A stretch of 64,000 nucleotides of DNA from Salinispira sp. GTDB taxonomy: Bacteria; Spirochaetota; Spirochaetia; DSM-27196; Salinispiraceae. Shown here one piece after another: positions 30,573 to 39,695 of the stretch. The number at the start of each line of letters is the position of its first letter. The stretch's first letter is position 1. The notes under the pieces are model-generated. The model was not told where the DNA came from. It was given only the letters and a program-made list of their open reading frames with translations, and did no database searches. The DNA lies in the NCBI GenBank assembly GCA_965226555.1, contig CBDDDG010000022.1, forward strand, positions 32,001 to 96,000, read 5' to 3'. Both the position numbers and the translations under genes were made by a program.

Positions 30573-30808
30573 AATCGTAGTAAAACCATAGAAGAAACAG
30601 AGAAAAAAATCAAGTTATGGAAAAATGTTTCTGAAAAAAACAAGTTGCCCGAACATTCCGATAGAAATAAGGTTCTTCTCTGTCTTTTTACTTCTTTCAA
30701 AGCAACTCTCTCTATTATCCATAATTCCGCCAGCCCGTCAATAGCAATTCCCACAGTATTCAGAAATTTCCATTGATTATCTATGCCATTGTATGAAATA
30801 ATTATTGG

Positions 30809-30867
30809 AGAAACTTTTGCAGAGCACAATTTTCTGAGATGAGAGAATTTTCAGTAGCAAAACTTTC
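30809..30867. repeat. Family A rearranged copy
   Basis: AGAAACTTTTGCAGAGCACAATTTT...AATTTTCAGTAGCAAAACTTTC. Confidence 0.75.
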
Positions 30868-30909
30868 GTATCTGCCCGATTATCGGGCGAGGAATGTGGA
30901 GGATATTAT

Positions 30910-31311
30910 ATGGGGAAAAATATATCGGATCATATAGACCACATACGGCATTTTTTTCATGCTCCGGTAAACCAGACTGAACGGATGAGGGCAGGAGCAG
31001 TAGGGCTCGCATCCCTGTGTTTATCTGTGGTTTTCGCCTTTTTGCGGGGAGTAAGTGCTGTGCCGGTTTTTGGGTTTTTTGCGGTATTTATTCTTGGCGT
31101 TGCCAGTGGAATTATATTGTATAAATATCCCGAAAAAAAGAAGACCGGTATATTATGCGCCGCAGTTGCCGGTATGAGCTTTCTTGTGCTCATTCCCGGT
31201 CTGAGAATTGTCGGGAGTAGTTTATTCGGGATCGGCATTGCAGGTACACTGGGTATTGCCCTGTGGAAAATCGGCAGTATCATTTACTCAGTGTTCAGCC
31301 GTAAAAAATAG
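30910..31311 (+). CDS. Hypothetical membrane protein (about 4 TM)
   Basis: GGAGG RBS, hydrophobic segments. Confidence 0.7.
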   Translation: MGKNISDHIDHIRHFFHAPVNQTERMRAGAVGLASLCLSVVFAFLRGVSAVPVFGFFAVFILGVASGIILYKYPEKKKTGILCAAVAGMSFLVLIPGLRIVGSSLFGIGIAGTLGIALWKIGSIIYSVFSRKK

Positions 31312-31322
31312 AGGAGTCCGCC

Positions 31323-31649
31323 ATGCCATGGAAACTTTTGTTTATTCTGATTATTATTGCGGGTCTTATAGTACTCATTGGTTTTAACTGGACAAATACA
31401 TCCGATGTTTCCATTTTCGGTGTATATACATTTGTTAATGTTCCGATAATCATTATTATGGGAATATCCTTTCTTTTGGGGGCTGTTTTCAGTATTCCCT
31501 ATGCCATAATACATGTCCGGAAAATAAGGAAAAAACAAACCATTTCCGAAGAAAAGCACATTGATGATTCACGACCAGAGAACAAGCAGAAAAAACAGAT
31601 CAGAAAGAACATTCGGAAAAACACCGACACATCTCCGCCTGCACGGTAG
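31323..31649 (+). CDS. LapA / DUF1049-like membrane protein
   Basis: GFN...DVS.F, VP.....SFLLGA; AGGAG RBS. Confidence 0.7.
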   Translation: MPWKLLFILIIIAGLIVLIGFNWTNTSDVSIFGVYTFVNVPIIIIMGISFLLGAVFSIPYAIIHVRKIRKKQTISEEKHIDDSRPENKQKKQIRKNIRKNTDTSPPAR

Positions 31650-32514
31650 AAATACCGCTCAATTCCTCATTCTCATCTTCTGCCTTTCCACCCGGTTGCT
31701 GTTTGCCGATCTGCCCGATGTGTCATCCGTTTCATCTATCTCATCCATGCCCTTCTGGAATAACCTGTCTGAAAAACAACAGGAACTCTTGCTGGCAGCA
31801 GAATCTCCTCAGGAAACATTCACTCTTATCGGAGCATATGAGTCGGAACTTCCGATCCTCTTTACTGCTGCTGTTCTGAATGTGTTGAAAGATTCAGGGC
31901 TTGAAGATATTGTTCCGCGTTTTATGGTTTCTCTGGAAAATCGGGAACGTGTGCTTGAAATATCCGCTGAAAGAGTGAACCTCTATCTGCTGCAGAACCG
32001 CATTCAGGAAGCAGGGAAACTTGCGGACATGCTCTTTGCCTTCTTTCCTGCCTACAGCAATAGTACCGATCTTGTTGAAATATCACTTCTGCTCGGTTAT
32101 ACATCGCAGGCGCGTTCAAGTCTGAACACCTACCTGCGCAACAATATCAGGCAAGAGCCGGCAGAATATGTTAAGAGTCTTTTCCTGCTTGCCCGTATTT
32201 TTATTGCAGAAGAAAATGTCATAGCTGCGCGGACGCTCCTTCTCGACTATTTTCAGGCAGATAGGCTTCCGGCAGATAGTTCCGGGGTCGATTCTGATGT
32301 CGATCCGAGGATTGATTCTCTGTATTATGTCCAGAGTGCGCAGCTTCTTTATGATCTGCTGCAGTCAAATGGGGAGTACTCCGCCGATAATGATCTCCTG
32401 AAAAAACTTGAAAAAATACTCACAGGGGTACAATTACCGGCTCATTCTGTGTCTGCCTATCCGGACATCCGTTTATTCGATACATCGGTAAACAGCCTTC
32501 CAGACGATAATTGA
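31561..32514 (+). CDS. Hypothetical helical, probably exported protein; start uncertain
   Basis: Long ORF with a signal-like segment QFLILIFCLSTRLLFA. Confidence 0.55.
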   Translation: MMIHDQRTSRKNRSERTFGKTPTHLRLHGRNTAQFLILIFCLSTRLLFADLPDVSSVSSISSMPFWNNLSEKQQELLLAAESPQETFTLIGAYESELPILFTAAVLNVLKDSGLEDIVPRFMVSLENRERVLEISAERVNLYLLQNRIQEAGKLADMLFAFFPAYSNSTDLVEISLLLGYTSQARSSLNTYLRNNIRQEPAEYVKSLFLLARIFIAEENVIAARTLLLDYFQADRLPADSSGVDSDVDPRIDSLYYVQSAQLLYDLLQSNGEYSADNDLLKKLEKILTGVQLPAHSVSAYPDIRLFDTSVNSLPDDN

Positions 32515-32522
32515 GGGTTTTA

Positions 32523-34013
32523 TCATTGATCGTTCTCAAGCTGAAGGATCTGCTCCATAATGACTGTGTCATGAGTATGCAACACTTCAGCCCCATAGCT
32601 TGTCAGAATGGCTTCCTGCATGTGTATTCTGCGCTGGAGCTGGGTTCCTTCGGTTTCCTGCTCAAACCGTATGAGGTAGTTGCGTTTTTCAACAAGGGCA
32701 TCGTTATTGTCGAAAAAGGTAATTTCCAGAATACTTTGATCATTAAGCTGAAAAACTGCGTAGGCGCCGTTAAGTTCCTGCTCCCGGGTTCGGAGGGTGA
32801 TGTAGGGCGCCGCAAAAAACATTTCCCAATCGCTGTCGCTCACATAGAGCCCTGAAATTTCATGGGGATAAAGAATTTTCTGCTTTATGTGGTATTGGGT
32901 ATTCTGAAGGGTAGAATTGTTCTCGACACGTTGATAACTTCCCGACCAGAATGTGCTGTTTGATCTCGTGTTGAATTCTACCGCTATGGTGTTAAGATCC
33001 AGCACCGATAATTGAATGCGCTGAGTAATGTTTGAAATAATTTCATTTTGAGCGTATATCCATAGGTTATTGCCAATACCCCAGCGGGCAGAACTTGTCC
33101 AATGAAAATGCAGCTGCCGATCGGCTGTCGCCATCTGAATCGTTTCGTTATCGTGAGAGAAGAGAATAATCTGATCTCCGTCTGTATGAATCCAGAGACC
33201 GTCAAGAAATACATGAAAATCATTAACATTTCCCGCATGCAGACGGGCGAGCTGATCTTGTTCCACGATGGTGCCCGATATTTTCCGTGTTGATGTCAGA
33301 TGATACCGGCTGTCATCCGGTTGCCACGTATACGTAGATTGTATCATATCAAGATTATTTTCTGTTCCAAGATCATGATTCAGCGCATGTATTGTATGCG
33401 CGGTGGTATTCAATCCCGTTACCGGAATGTTTTCCCTGTTGACATTATGTATGTCCACCGCAATATCGGCGCGAATACTAATTATCGAGGTAAACTGGAG
33501 TCCGAAGTTTGCGGCTGAATTTTGCTGAAATATATCGAGGGTCTGTTCTCCGGGCTTATTGACTCCAATAACAACAATTTCCACATTCCCATTACCCGCA
33601 ATATCATCAATGTAGAGGTTAAGGGTTTTGAGGTCTGTTGCCTGAGTATATCCTTGCCAGCTTGCCAGATAGGAGTTCAGCACAGGATCAAGATCAATGA
33701 CCATAATGCCAATAAAATTACCCTGATCATTCTGGTCCTTGAACACGACTATTTGTTCATTCTGATTATCGGTATCAATATTCACGTTGTGTATTTGATG
33801 GACGATAAACTCATCCGGCAGAGATATGAAAAGATCCGCTATATCTTCTCCGGCAGGCGACGCGGGGTTCGGTGTCTGAGGCGAAAAAAGGGCTATGGAA
33901 TTTCCTGCCTGCGGGAAAATTGAACCGCCCGCCACCGGAAGAGGCTGGGTTTCCCCGCATGAGTTTAATGCGAAGAAAACAAGGACGGTGATGCAGTAAT
34001 AATACAAACGCAT
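32523..34013 (-). CDS. Lipoprotein, pallilysin-related adhesin-like
   Basis: ALNSC lipobox; NIDTDNQNEQIVV and DIAGNGNVEIVV acidic loops; family call from memory. Confidence 0.55.
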   Translation of the reverse strand: MRLYYYCITVLVFFALNSCGETQPLPVAGGSIFPQAGNSIALFSPQTPNPASPAGEDIADLFISLPDEFIVHQIHNVNIDTDNQNEQIVVFKDQNDQGNFIGIMVIDLDPVLNSYLASWQGYTQATDLKTLNLYIDDIAGNGNVEIVVIGVNKPGEQTLDIFQQNSAANFGLQFTSIISIRADIAVDIHNVNRENIPVTGLNTTAHTIHALNHDLGTENNLDMIQSTYTWQPDDSRYHLTSTRKISGTIVEQDQLARLHAGNVNDFHVFLDGLWIHTDGDQIILFSHDNETIQMATADRQLHFHWTSSARWGIGNNLWIYAQNEIISNITQRIQLSVLDLNTIAVEFNTRSNSTFWSGSYQRVENNSTLQNTQYHIKQKILYPHEISGLYVSDSDWEMFFAAPYITLRTREQELNGAYAVFQLNDQSILEITFFDNNDALVEKRNYLIRFEQETEGTQLQRRIHMQEAILTSYGAEVLHTHDTVIMEQILQLENDQ

Positions 34014-34075
34014 AAAACTATATACCGTATTTTTGCATTAATGGGAATACGGGAAAGGACGAGAACAAAGTTTAT

Positions 34076-34188
34076 CAATGCAAAAGTTTCTATCTGGAAT
34101 GCTTTCTTTGTGCTTAGCATTCTCCTATTTTATAGAAAGTTTTGCTACTGGAAATTGTGCTCTGCACAATTTTCCAATGCAAAACTTT
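34076..34188. repeat. Composite family A element: half copy + TCTGGAATGC..GCATTC hairpin + full copy
   Basis: 34076-34092 half, 34093-34125 hairpin module, 34133-34188 full. Confidence 0.88.
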
Positions 34189-34197
34189 GAGATAGAT

Positions 34198-34398
34198 TTA
34201 AAAATCCTGATATTTAAGCCACCACGATCCCCATGGAACTGGTATTATCGTTTCCGGCTTACTGTGTACCTGAGCAATATCTTCCATATCAATGAAAGTG
34301 TCGTTCCACCCCTTTTCAGCTATAAGATTGCCAAAATCATCAAAATCTTTTTTATATGGATTTGGCTTACCCTTAGTGAAATCATCAAAATTATTCAT
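34198..34398 (-). CDS. Small acidic protein (66 aa)
   Basis: GGAGG RBS before ATG 34398; directly downstream of the protease gene. Confidence 0.6.
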   Translation of the reverse strand: MNNFDDFTKGKPNPYKKDFDDFGNLIAEKGWNDTFIDMEDIAQVHSKPETIIPVPWGSWWLKYQDF

Positions 34399-34431
34399 TA
34401 TATATTCCTCCATTTTTGTGTCCTCTATCAA

Positions 34432-35370
34432 TTAAAAACATCTCCTGCATCCCATTTTTGAATGCATGAACCCTTTATAACCTAATTTCTTACGGTAAAA
34501 ATCATTACACAAACCATGATAATGTCTAATCAATTCATTGACAGAATCAATATTACCAAAATTATCTATTTTTAATTTTATTTTCTCGCTGGAAAGATCG
34601 TGCATTGTTATTCCTCGCCCATGAGAGTGCCATTGTTCAGCATTTCCAAGAGCTTTTGCGATTTTTTCAGCTCTTTCTTTCCGCATGGGTTTCGTTACTA
34701 TTGTTTCACTACTTTCTGTTTTTTTCCAGTTTTTGAATTTGTATTTTGGCAACCAGTTTTTAATTAAGTCTTCGCCGTGTTCAATGGCTTGTTCTATGGC
34801 AAAAAGCATAGCAGGTTCAAAATTCTGTGTCAAAAAATAAAGCTCCGCACGCACAGCATCAGATGTATCCGCCTTGTTTATACTTGCAATTAACTCCTTA
34901 TATTTTGCCAAATACCCGTACCCTGTGTTTCCAGCGATATTCAATTGTGGATCAATGGGCCCCAGCATTGAATAGTAATCCATAAATATTCTGTCACCCG
35001 ACATGACCAAAATTGTACCTGCTGAATAGGCAACGTTTGGAATCACAAATGACACCTCAGCATAATAGTTTCGCATAACTGAAACCAATCGTTCAACTGT
35101 TTCTATCGAACCGCCACTGGTCTCCAATAAAATAATTAGACATGGTCTTTTTTTTGTCTTTTGTCTGTTTTTGTTTAATGTTTCTACCAATACTCTAAAT
35201 TCATCATCTAAGGGTGGAAAAATTGGCGAATTTATAAAAAGACAGTCGACACCCGTTTTATCGTGATTTGTACTGCCAGAAAGGATATATTTCCCCAACC
35301 CTTCAGCTATTTCAACATTCAGCTTACTCAATGTTGAGTTAACAATACGCTCAGTATTTACCGATTCCAT
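34432..35370 (-). CDS. SDH-family ClpP-fold serine protease
   Basis: LETSGGS, AYSAGT.L, LGPIDPQ, HSHGR; visibly AT-rich. Confidence 0.85.
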   Translation of the reverse strand: MESVNTERIVNSTLSKLNVEIAEGLGKYILSGSTNHDKTGVDCLFINSPIFPPLDDEFRVLVETLNKNRQKTKKRPCLIILLETSGGSIETVERLVSVMRNYYAEVSFVIPNVAYSAGTILVMSGDRIFMDYYSMLGPIDPQLNIAGNTGYGYLAKYKELIASINKADTSDAVRAELYFLTQNFEPAMLFAIEQAIEHGEDLIKNWLPKYKFKNWKKTESSETIVTKPMRKERAEKIAKALGNAEQWHSHGRGITMHDLSSEKIKLKIDNFGNIDSVNELIRHYHGLCNDFYRKKLGYKGFMHSKMGCRRCF

Positions 35371-35472
35371 TTTTTGCCCGCCGCATTTTTAGCATTTCAC
35401 ACTACACTACCACATACAATATCCCATATAAAATACATTAAACAAACTAATTCAAGAAAAAAGGGAAAAATC

Positions 35473-35525
35473 CGCGCCTGCCCGCCCATGCGACTGGATC
35501 AGGTCAAAATACTAAAACTTTTTCA
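35473..35525. repeat. Repeat family B arm
   Basis: CGCGCCTGCCCGCCCATGCGACTGGATCAGG...AAACTTTTTCA resembles 16993-17054. Confidence 0.6.
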
Positions 35526-35569
35526 TTATTTTTTGACTCATTTCTGTAAAGGTATGGTATAATTAAAGA

Positions 35570-36112
35570 ATGTATAATGTACAAAAAGCAACAGCATTAG
35601 CTGCATATATTATTGATAAAGCAGGTAAGGGTGATAAGATTAATTTCCTTAAACTGTTAAAACTCATGTATCTTTGTGACAGATATATGTATGAACAACA
35701 TGAAAAATTTATTACAGGCGATGAGTATGTTTCAATGAAACTCGGTCCTGTGCTTTCTCATGTTTATTATGCTATTACTGGCAAGAAGAAGTATCCTTTC
35801 TGGAATGATCATATTACTACCAAAGGTTATGATGTAGAGATTATTGCCCCTGTTAACCATAAGAATCTTCTCAATGAAGAAGAACTGTTTATGGCAGATA
35901 ATATCTCCAATGTTTATGGAAGATATAGTGAAAAGGAACTTGTGGATATTTTACACGCTTCCTGTTCTGAATGGAAAAATCCTGAATCTGAGAAGAGTGC
36001 TGTCATGCCGCTCTCTGTAAGCGCCATTAAAAAGGCAATGCAAGCTGAAAATAGTGTCGTGGATTTTCCTGTAGAAGCCATTAAAGAGGCAATGCAAGCT
36101 GAAATACAGTAA
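35570..36112 (+). CDS. Panacea (DUF4065/SocA-like) domain protein
   Basis: LKLLKLMYL.D, ITGDEY.SMKLGPV, L....H....W; TGGTATAAT 6 nt upstream. Confidence 0.82.
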   Translation: MYNVQKATALAAYIIDKAGKGDKINFLKLLKLMYLCDRYMYEQHEKFITGDEYVSMKLGPVLSHVYYAITGKKKYPFWNDHITTKGYDVEIIAPVNHKNLLNEEELFMADNISNVYGRYSEKELVDILHASCSEWKNPESEKSAVMPLSVSAIKKAMQAENSVVDFPVEAIKEAMQAEIQ

Positions 36113-36121
36113 AAACAATAT

Positions 36122-36156
36122 GTTTTGCTACTGAAAATTGTGCTCTGCAAAACTTT
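36122..36156. repeat. Family A internally deleted copy
   Basis: GTTTTGCTACTGAAAATTGTGCTCTGCAAAACTTT. Confidence 0.8.
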
Positions 36157-36185
36157 GTTTTTATGATATTATCGAAATTGTTATT

Positions 36186-37544
36186 ATGAGAGCCGTAGAC
36201 CTAATACTAAAGAAACGTTCGGGTAATGAACTGCATGAAGATGAAATTCGTTTTCTTGTGAATTCCTACGTGAAGAATACCATACCTGAATATCAGATAG
36301 CTGCATTTCTCATGGCGGTCTATTTTCAGGGACTCAGTAACAGGGAAACCTCATTACTCACGCAGCTTATGATCGATTCCGGCGATGTCATTAATCTTGA
36401 GAAACTGGAGGGGTTTTCCCGAAATTCTCTGGTAGATAAGCATTCAACCGGCGGCGTTGGCGACAAAGTCAGTCTCATTCTCGCCCCCATTGTCGCTGCC
36501 GCAGGCGCGCAGGTTCCCATGATGTCGGGGCGCGGTCTGGGGCATACCGGTGGAACTCTGGATAAGCTTGAGAGCATACCCGGGTATTCGACTGCGCTTT
36601 CTCCGGCGGATTTTGCGCGGATAATTGATACCTGCGGTTTTGCGATGACCGGGCAGAGTAAGCGCATTGTGCCGGCCGATAAAAAACTCTATGCCTTACG
36701 GGATGTTACCGGAACAGTTGAATCGGTACCGCTCATAACCGCCAGCATTCTGAGTAAGAAATTTGCTGAGGGTACGCAGCAGCTTGTGTTCGATGTTAAA
36801 TGCGGTACGGGCGCTTTCATGAAGACTGTTGAAAAAGCGCGGGAATTAGCGGAATCATTAGTCCGTGTCGGTCAGGAGCTTGGGCGCGGCACCACTGCGG
36901 TCATAACTCGAATGGACGCCCCCCTGGGAACAAAGGTCGGTAATTTTCTTGAAGTAGAAGAAAGCATTGCCTGCCTTTCCTGTGAGGGTTGGCAGGCAGA
37001 TTTCAGCTCCGGTAATTTTGTCATTCATGGAGAAAGCGCCGATCTTATGGAAGTAACGCTTCATCTTGCTGCCCATATGCTCAGCATAAGCGGAATTGCG
37101 GAAAATTTCGATACTGGACTGCGGCGTTCCGTAGAGCTTCTCCGAAACGGAAAGGCGCTTGATCGTTTCTGGCAGAATGTTGAACTTCAGAAGGGGCAGA
37201 GGGCCGAGTGCGAAGCGCTCATTGGCAATAGGGATGGCCTGTTTCGGAAGGAAATTACTGCTCCGCGGGGCGGCTGTCTTCAGAGTCTGGATGCGCAGCG
37301 AATTGGCGAAGCATCGGTATTGCTTGGAGCGGGGCGTAGCCGCGCCTCCGATACTGTTCTTCCCGATGTCGGCATTGAAGTGCATGCAAAACCCATGGCT
37401 ATTCTCGCGAAGGGTGAAAAAGTACTCACTCTTTTTGCCCGTGATGAAACAAAGCTTGCTGCCGCTGCTACGCATGTATCTGGTATAGCTGACATCGGCG
37501 CTGAAGAAAAAATTGAGGAACCGCAGATCATTTCAGTGATCTGA
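36186..37544 (+). CDS. pdp: Pyrimidine-nucleoside / thymidine phosphorylase
   Basis: DKHSTGGVGDK, SGRGLGHTGGTLDKLESIPG, LGAGR. Confidence 0.92.
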   Translation: MRAVDLILKKRSGNELHEDEIRFLVNSYVKNTIPEYQIAAFLMAVYFQGLSNRETSLLTQLMIDSGDVINLEKLEGFSRNSLVDKHSTGGVGDKVSLILAPIVAAAGAQVPMMSGRGLGHTGGTLDKLESIPGYSTALSPADFARIIDTCGFAMTGQSKRIVPADKKLYALRDVTGTVESVPLITASILSKKFAEGTQQLVFDVKCGTGAFMKTVEKARELAESLVRVGQELGRGTTAVITRMDAPLGTKVGNFLEVEESIACLSCEGWQADFSSGNFVIHGESADLMEVTLHLAAHMLSISGIAENFDTGLRRSVELLRNGKALDRFWQNVELQKGQRAECEALIGNRDGLFRKEITAPRGGCLQSLDAQRIGEASVLLGAGRSRASDTVLPDVGIEVHAKPMAILAKGEKVLTLFARDETKLAAAATHVSGIADIGAEEKIEEPQIISVI

Positions 37545-37556
37545 ACATACATCAAT

Positions 37557-39695
37557 ATGAATGCTGCCGAACAAGGAAAAAATATGATATGGAAGGTTTC
37601 CCGGCCGGCTCCTGAAGATATAGACTTATTTACCCGAAAATATGGCACTAACCGGTTAACATCTGCCTTATTGCTGGCTCGGAACATTGTGGAACCCGAG
37701 CAATTAAAATACTTTCTGAACGATGATCTGCGCTTCCTGCATAACCCCTTTCTTTTTTCTCATATGAATACGGCAATAGGCCGAATTAAGGTTGCGATAT
37801 CGGAAAATGAATACGTTCTCGTTTACGGCGACCGCGATGCCGATGGAATTACTGCGACAGTACTCCTTGTTTCTGCCCTGCGGGATGAGGGGCTCACGGT
37901 TTTTTGGGAAGTACCGATGGGTGATGATCCCTATTCATTGCAGAATAGTATTGTTGAAAAATATGCGGAGAAGGGTGTCACGCTCATTATTACCGTAGAC
38001 TGCGGAATAACGAATGTTCAGGAAATTTCTCATGCCCGTACATCGGGAATTGACTGCATAGTGATCGATCACCACAACCAGGGAGAAGAACTTCCGGAGG
38101 CTGCGGCAATAATCGACCCGAAATGCAGTTTTGACCGATATCCCTTTGAAGGTCTCAGCGCTGTCGCCTTAGTTCTGAAATTACTTACCGCTCTTGACAT
38201 TTCGAGGAGCGATTTTTACAACCAACCCATGTGCTTCCTTAATCTTCGCCCGGGGAACGAGAGTATAATTATTGAAGCTGTGAAACTTTTCAATCTTGTT
38301 GAGGAAGCTCGCATAAGTGAAACGATAGTTCCGGGTTCAGGTAAACATCAGCTTGATCGAATTATCGACTTCATAAAGGATCAGCCAATCATCGTCTATC
38401 AACAGGATATTCAGATGAAACTCCTCTCTGAGGTATTTGGGAATTCCTTCGAATTTATGATGACGGATATTACCGAAGAAATATGGACTGCATTTCCCGC
38501 TCTCAGAGGTAAGAGCCTTCTCCGTATGCTGGAGGGCTCAAAACTCAATAAATTCAGCGCAAAACCGATGCAGGAAATTGATGCCGCCGTACAGCTTCTC
38601 ACAAGTTACTTTTATGCGAAAAATCCATTCATTCTTGAAAATATGAAGGCGCGTCTCGACATTACCGCGCTTGGTCTTATTGCAGACATGATGCCCCTCT
38701 TCGATGAGAATCGAATAATTATCCGCCACGGACTCAGATTACTTGAGAAAACACCGCGCAAGGGCCTGCGCGAACTTATGGCGCGTCTGAATGTACTTGG
38801 CTCTCCGCTAACCTCAACCACTGTTTCATGGAAACTTACTCCGGCAATTAATGCGACAGGACGTATGGGTCAGCCTGATCTCACCATTACATTGCTGCTT
38901 GAAGAAGGTAACATTGTTGAGTTGGCAGAGAACATTCATCAGCTCAACGAAAAAAGAAAACAATTGGGTAATACTGCCTGGGAATTTTCTCTCCCTGAGG
39001 CAAAAACGTCGCTTGAAAATTATGAGGGTCTGTTGATCTGTGTTTCGCATGAGTCAATAAGCAGGGGAATAACCGGTATTCTGGCAGGAAGATTGAGCAG
39101 ACAATTCAATGTGCCGGCAATTGTTCTGGCTATTGTTGACGATAGCTATGTTGCTTCTGTGCGCAGCGCGCGGAATTTTCATGTTACCGATTTTCTGGCG
39201 CAGTTCTCGCATATTTTTGATGATTTTGGCGGACATGATGCAGCAGGGGGGTTTCGCTTCCAAAAGGATCGCTATGATCAGTTTCTGAGTGAACTCAAAA
39301 GCAGGGCAGCTCTTATTGAGCTGGGGGGAGAATCGGAAATAGTGCTGAATGTGGATATGGAGCTTCGGGCTTCGGAGATTGGTGAGGAACTTGAGAAATT
39401 TCAGGAATCAATGGCTCCGGCGGGTCAGGGTTTTCGGCAAATTCAGTATGCGGTACGTAAGGCACGGATTGTAGATGCGAAAATTATCGGCAAGAATGCC
39501 GAGCATCTCAAGTTGCTTTTGGCTGTTGGAAATCAGAAATGGCCTGCCATTTACTGGTCATCGGCAGATCGATTTCAGAGGGATTTCACTGCAAATTCAG
39601 TGGTCGATTGTGTTTTTACCCTCGAACGGAATTATTTTGCCAATAATTCAGTTCTTCAGCTGACAATTCTCGACATTCAAAATCATGAAGCATAG
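37557..39695 (+). CDS. recJ: ssDNA exonuclease RecJ with an internal insertion
   Basis: GDRDADG, TVDCG, DHH, INATGR, GGHDAAGG. Confidence 0.92.
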   Translation: MNAAEQGKNMIWKVSRPAPEDIDLFTRKYGTNRLTSALLLARNIVEPEQLKYFLNDDLRFLHNPFLFSHMNTAIGRIKVAISENEYVLVYGDRDADGITATVLLVSALRDEGLTVFWEVPMGDDPYSLQNSIVEKYAEKGVTLIITVDCGITNVQEISHARTSGIDCIVIDHHNQGEELPEAAAIIDPKCSFDRYPFEGLSAVALVLKLLTALDISRSDFYNQPMCFLNLRPGNESIIIEAVKLFNLVEEARISETIVPGSGKHQLDRIIDFIKDQPIIVYQQDIQMKLLSEVFGNSFEFMMTDITEEIWTAFPALRGKSLLRMLEGSKLNKFSAKPMQEIDAAVQLLTSYFYAKNPFILENMKARLDITALGLIADMMPLFDENRIIIRHGLRLLEKTPRKGLRELMARLNVLGSPLTSTTVSWKLTPAINATGRMGQPDLTITLLLEEGNIVELAENIHQLNEKRKQLGNTAWEFSLPEAKTSLENYEGLLICVSHESISRGITGILAGRLSRQFNVPAIVLAIVDDSYVASVRSARNFHVTDFLAQFSHIFDDFGGHDAAGGFRFQKDRYDQFLSELKSRAALIELGGESEIVLNVDMELRASEIGEELEKFQESMAPAGQGFRQIQYAVRKARIVDAKIIGKNAEHLKLLLAVGNQKWPAIYWSSADRFQRDFTANSVVDCVFTLERNYFANNSVLQLTILDIQNHEA

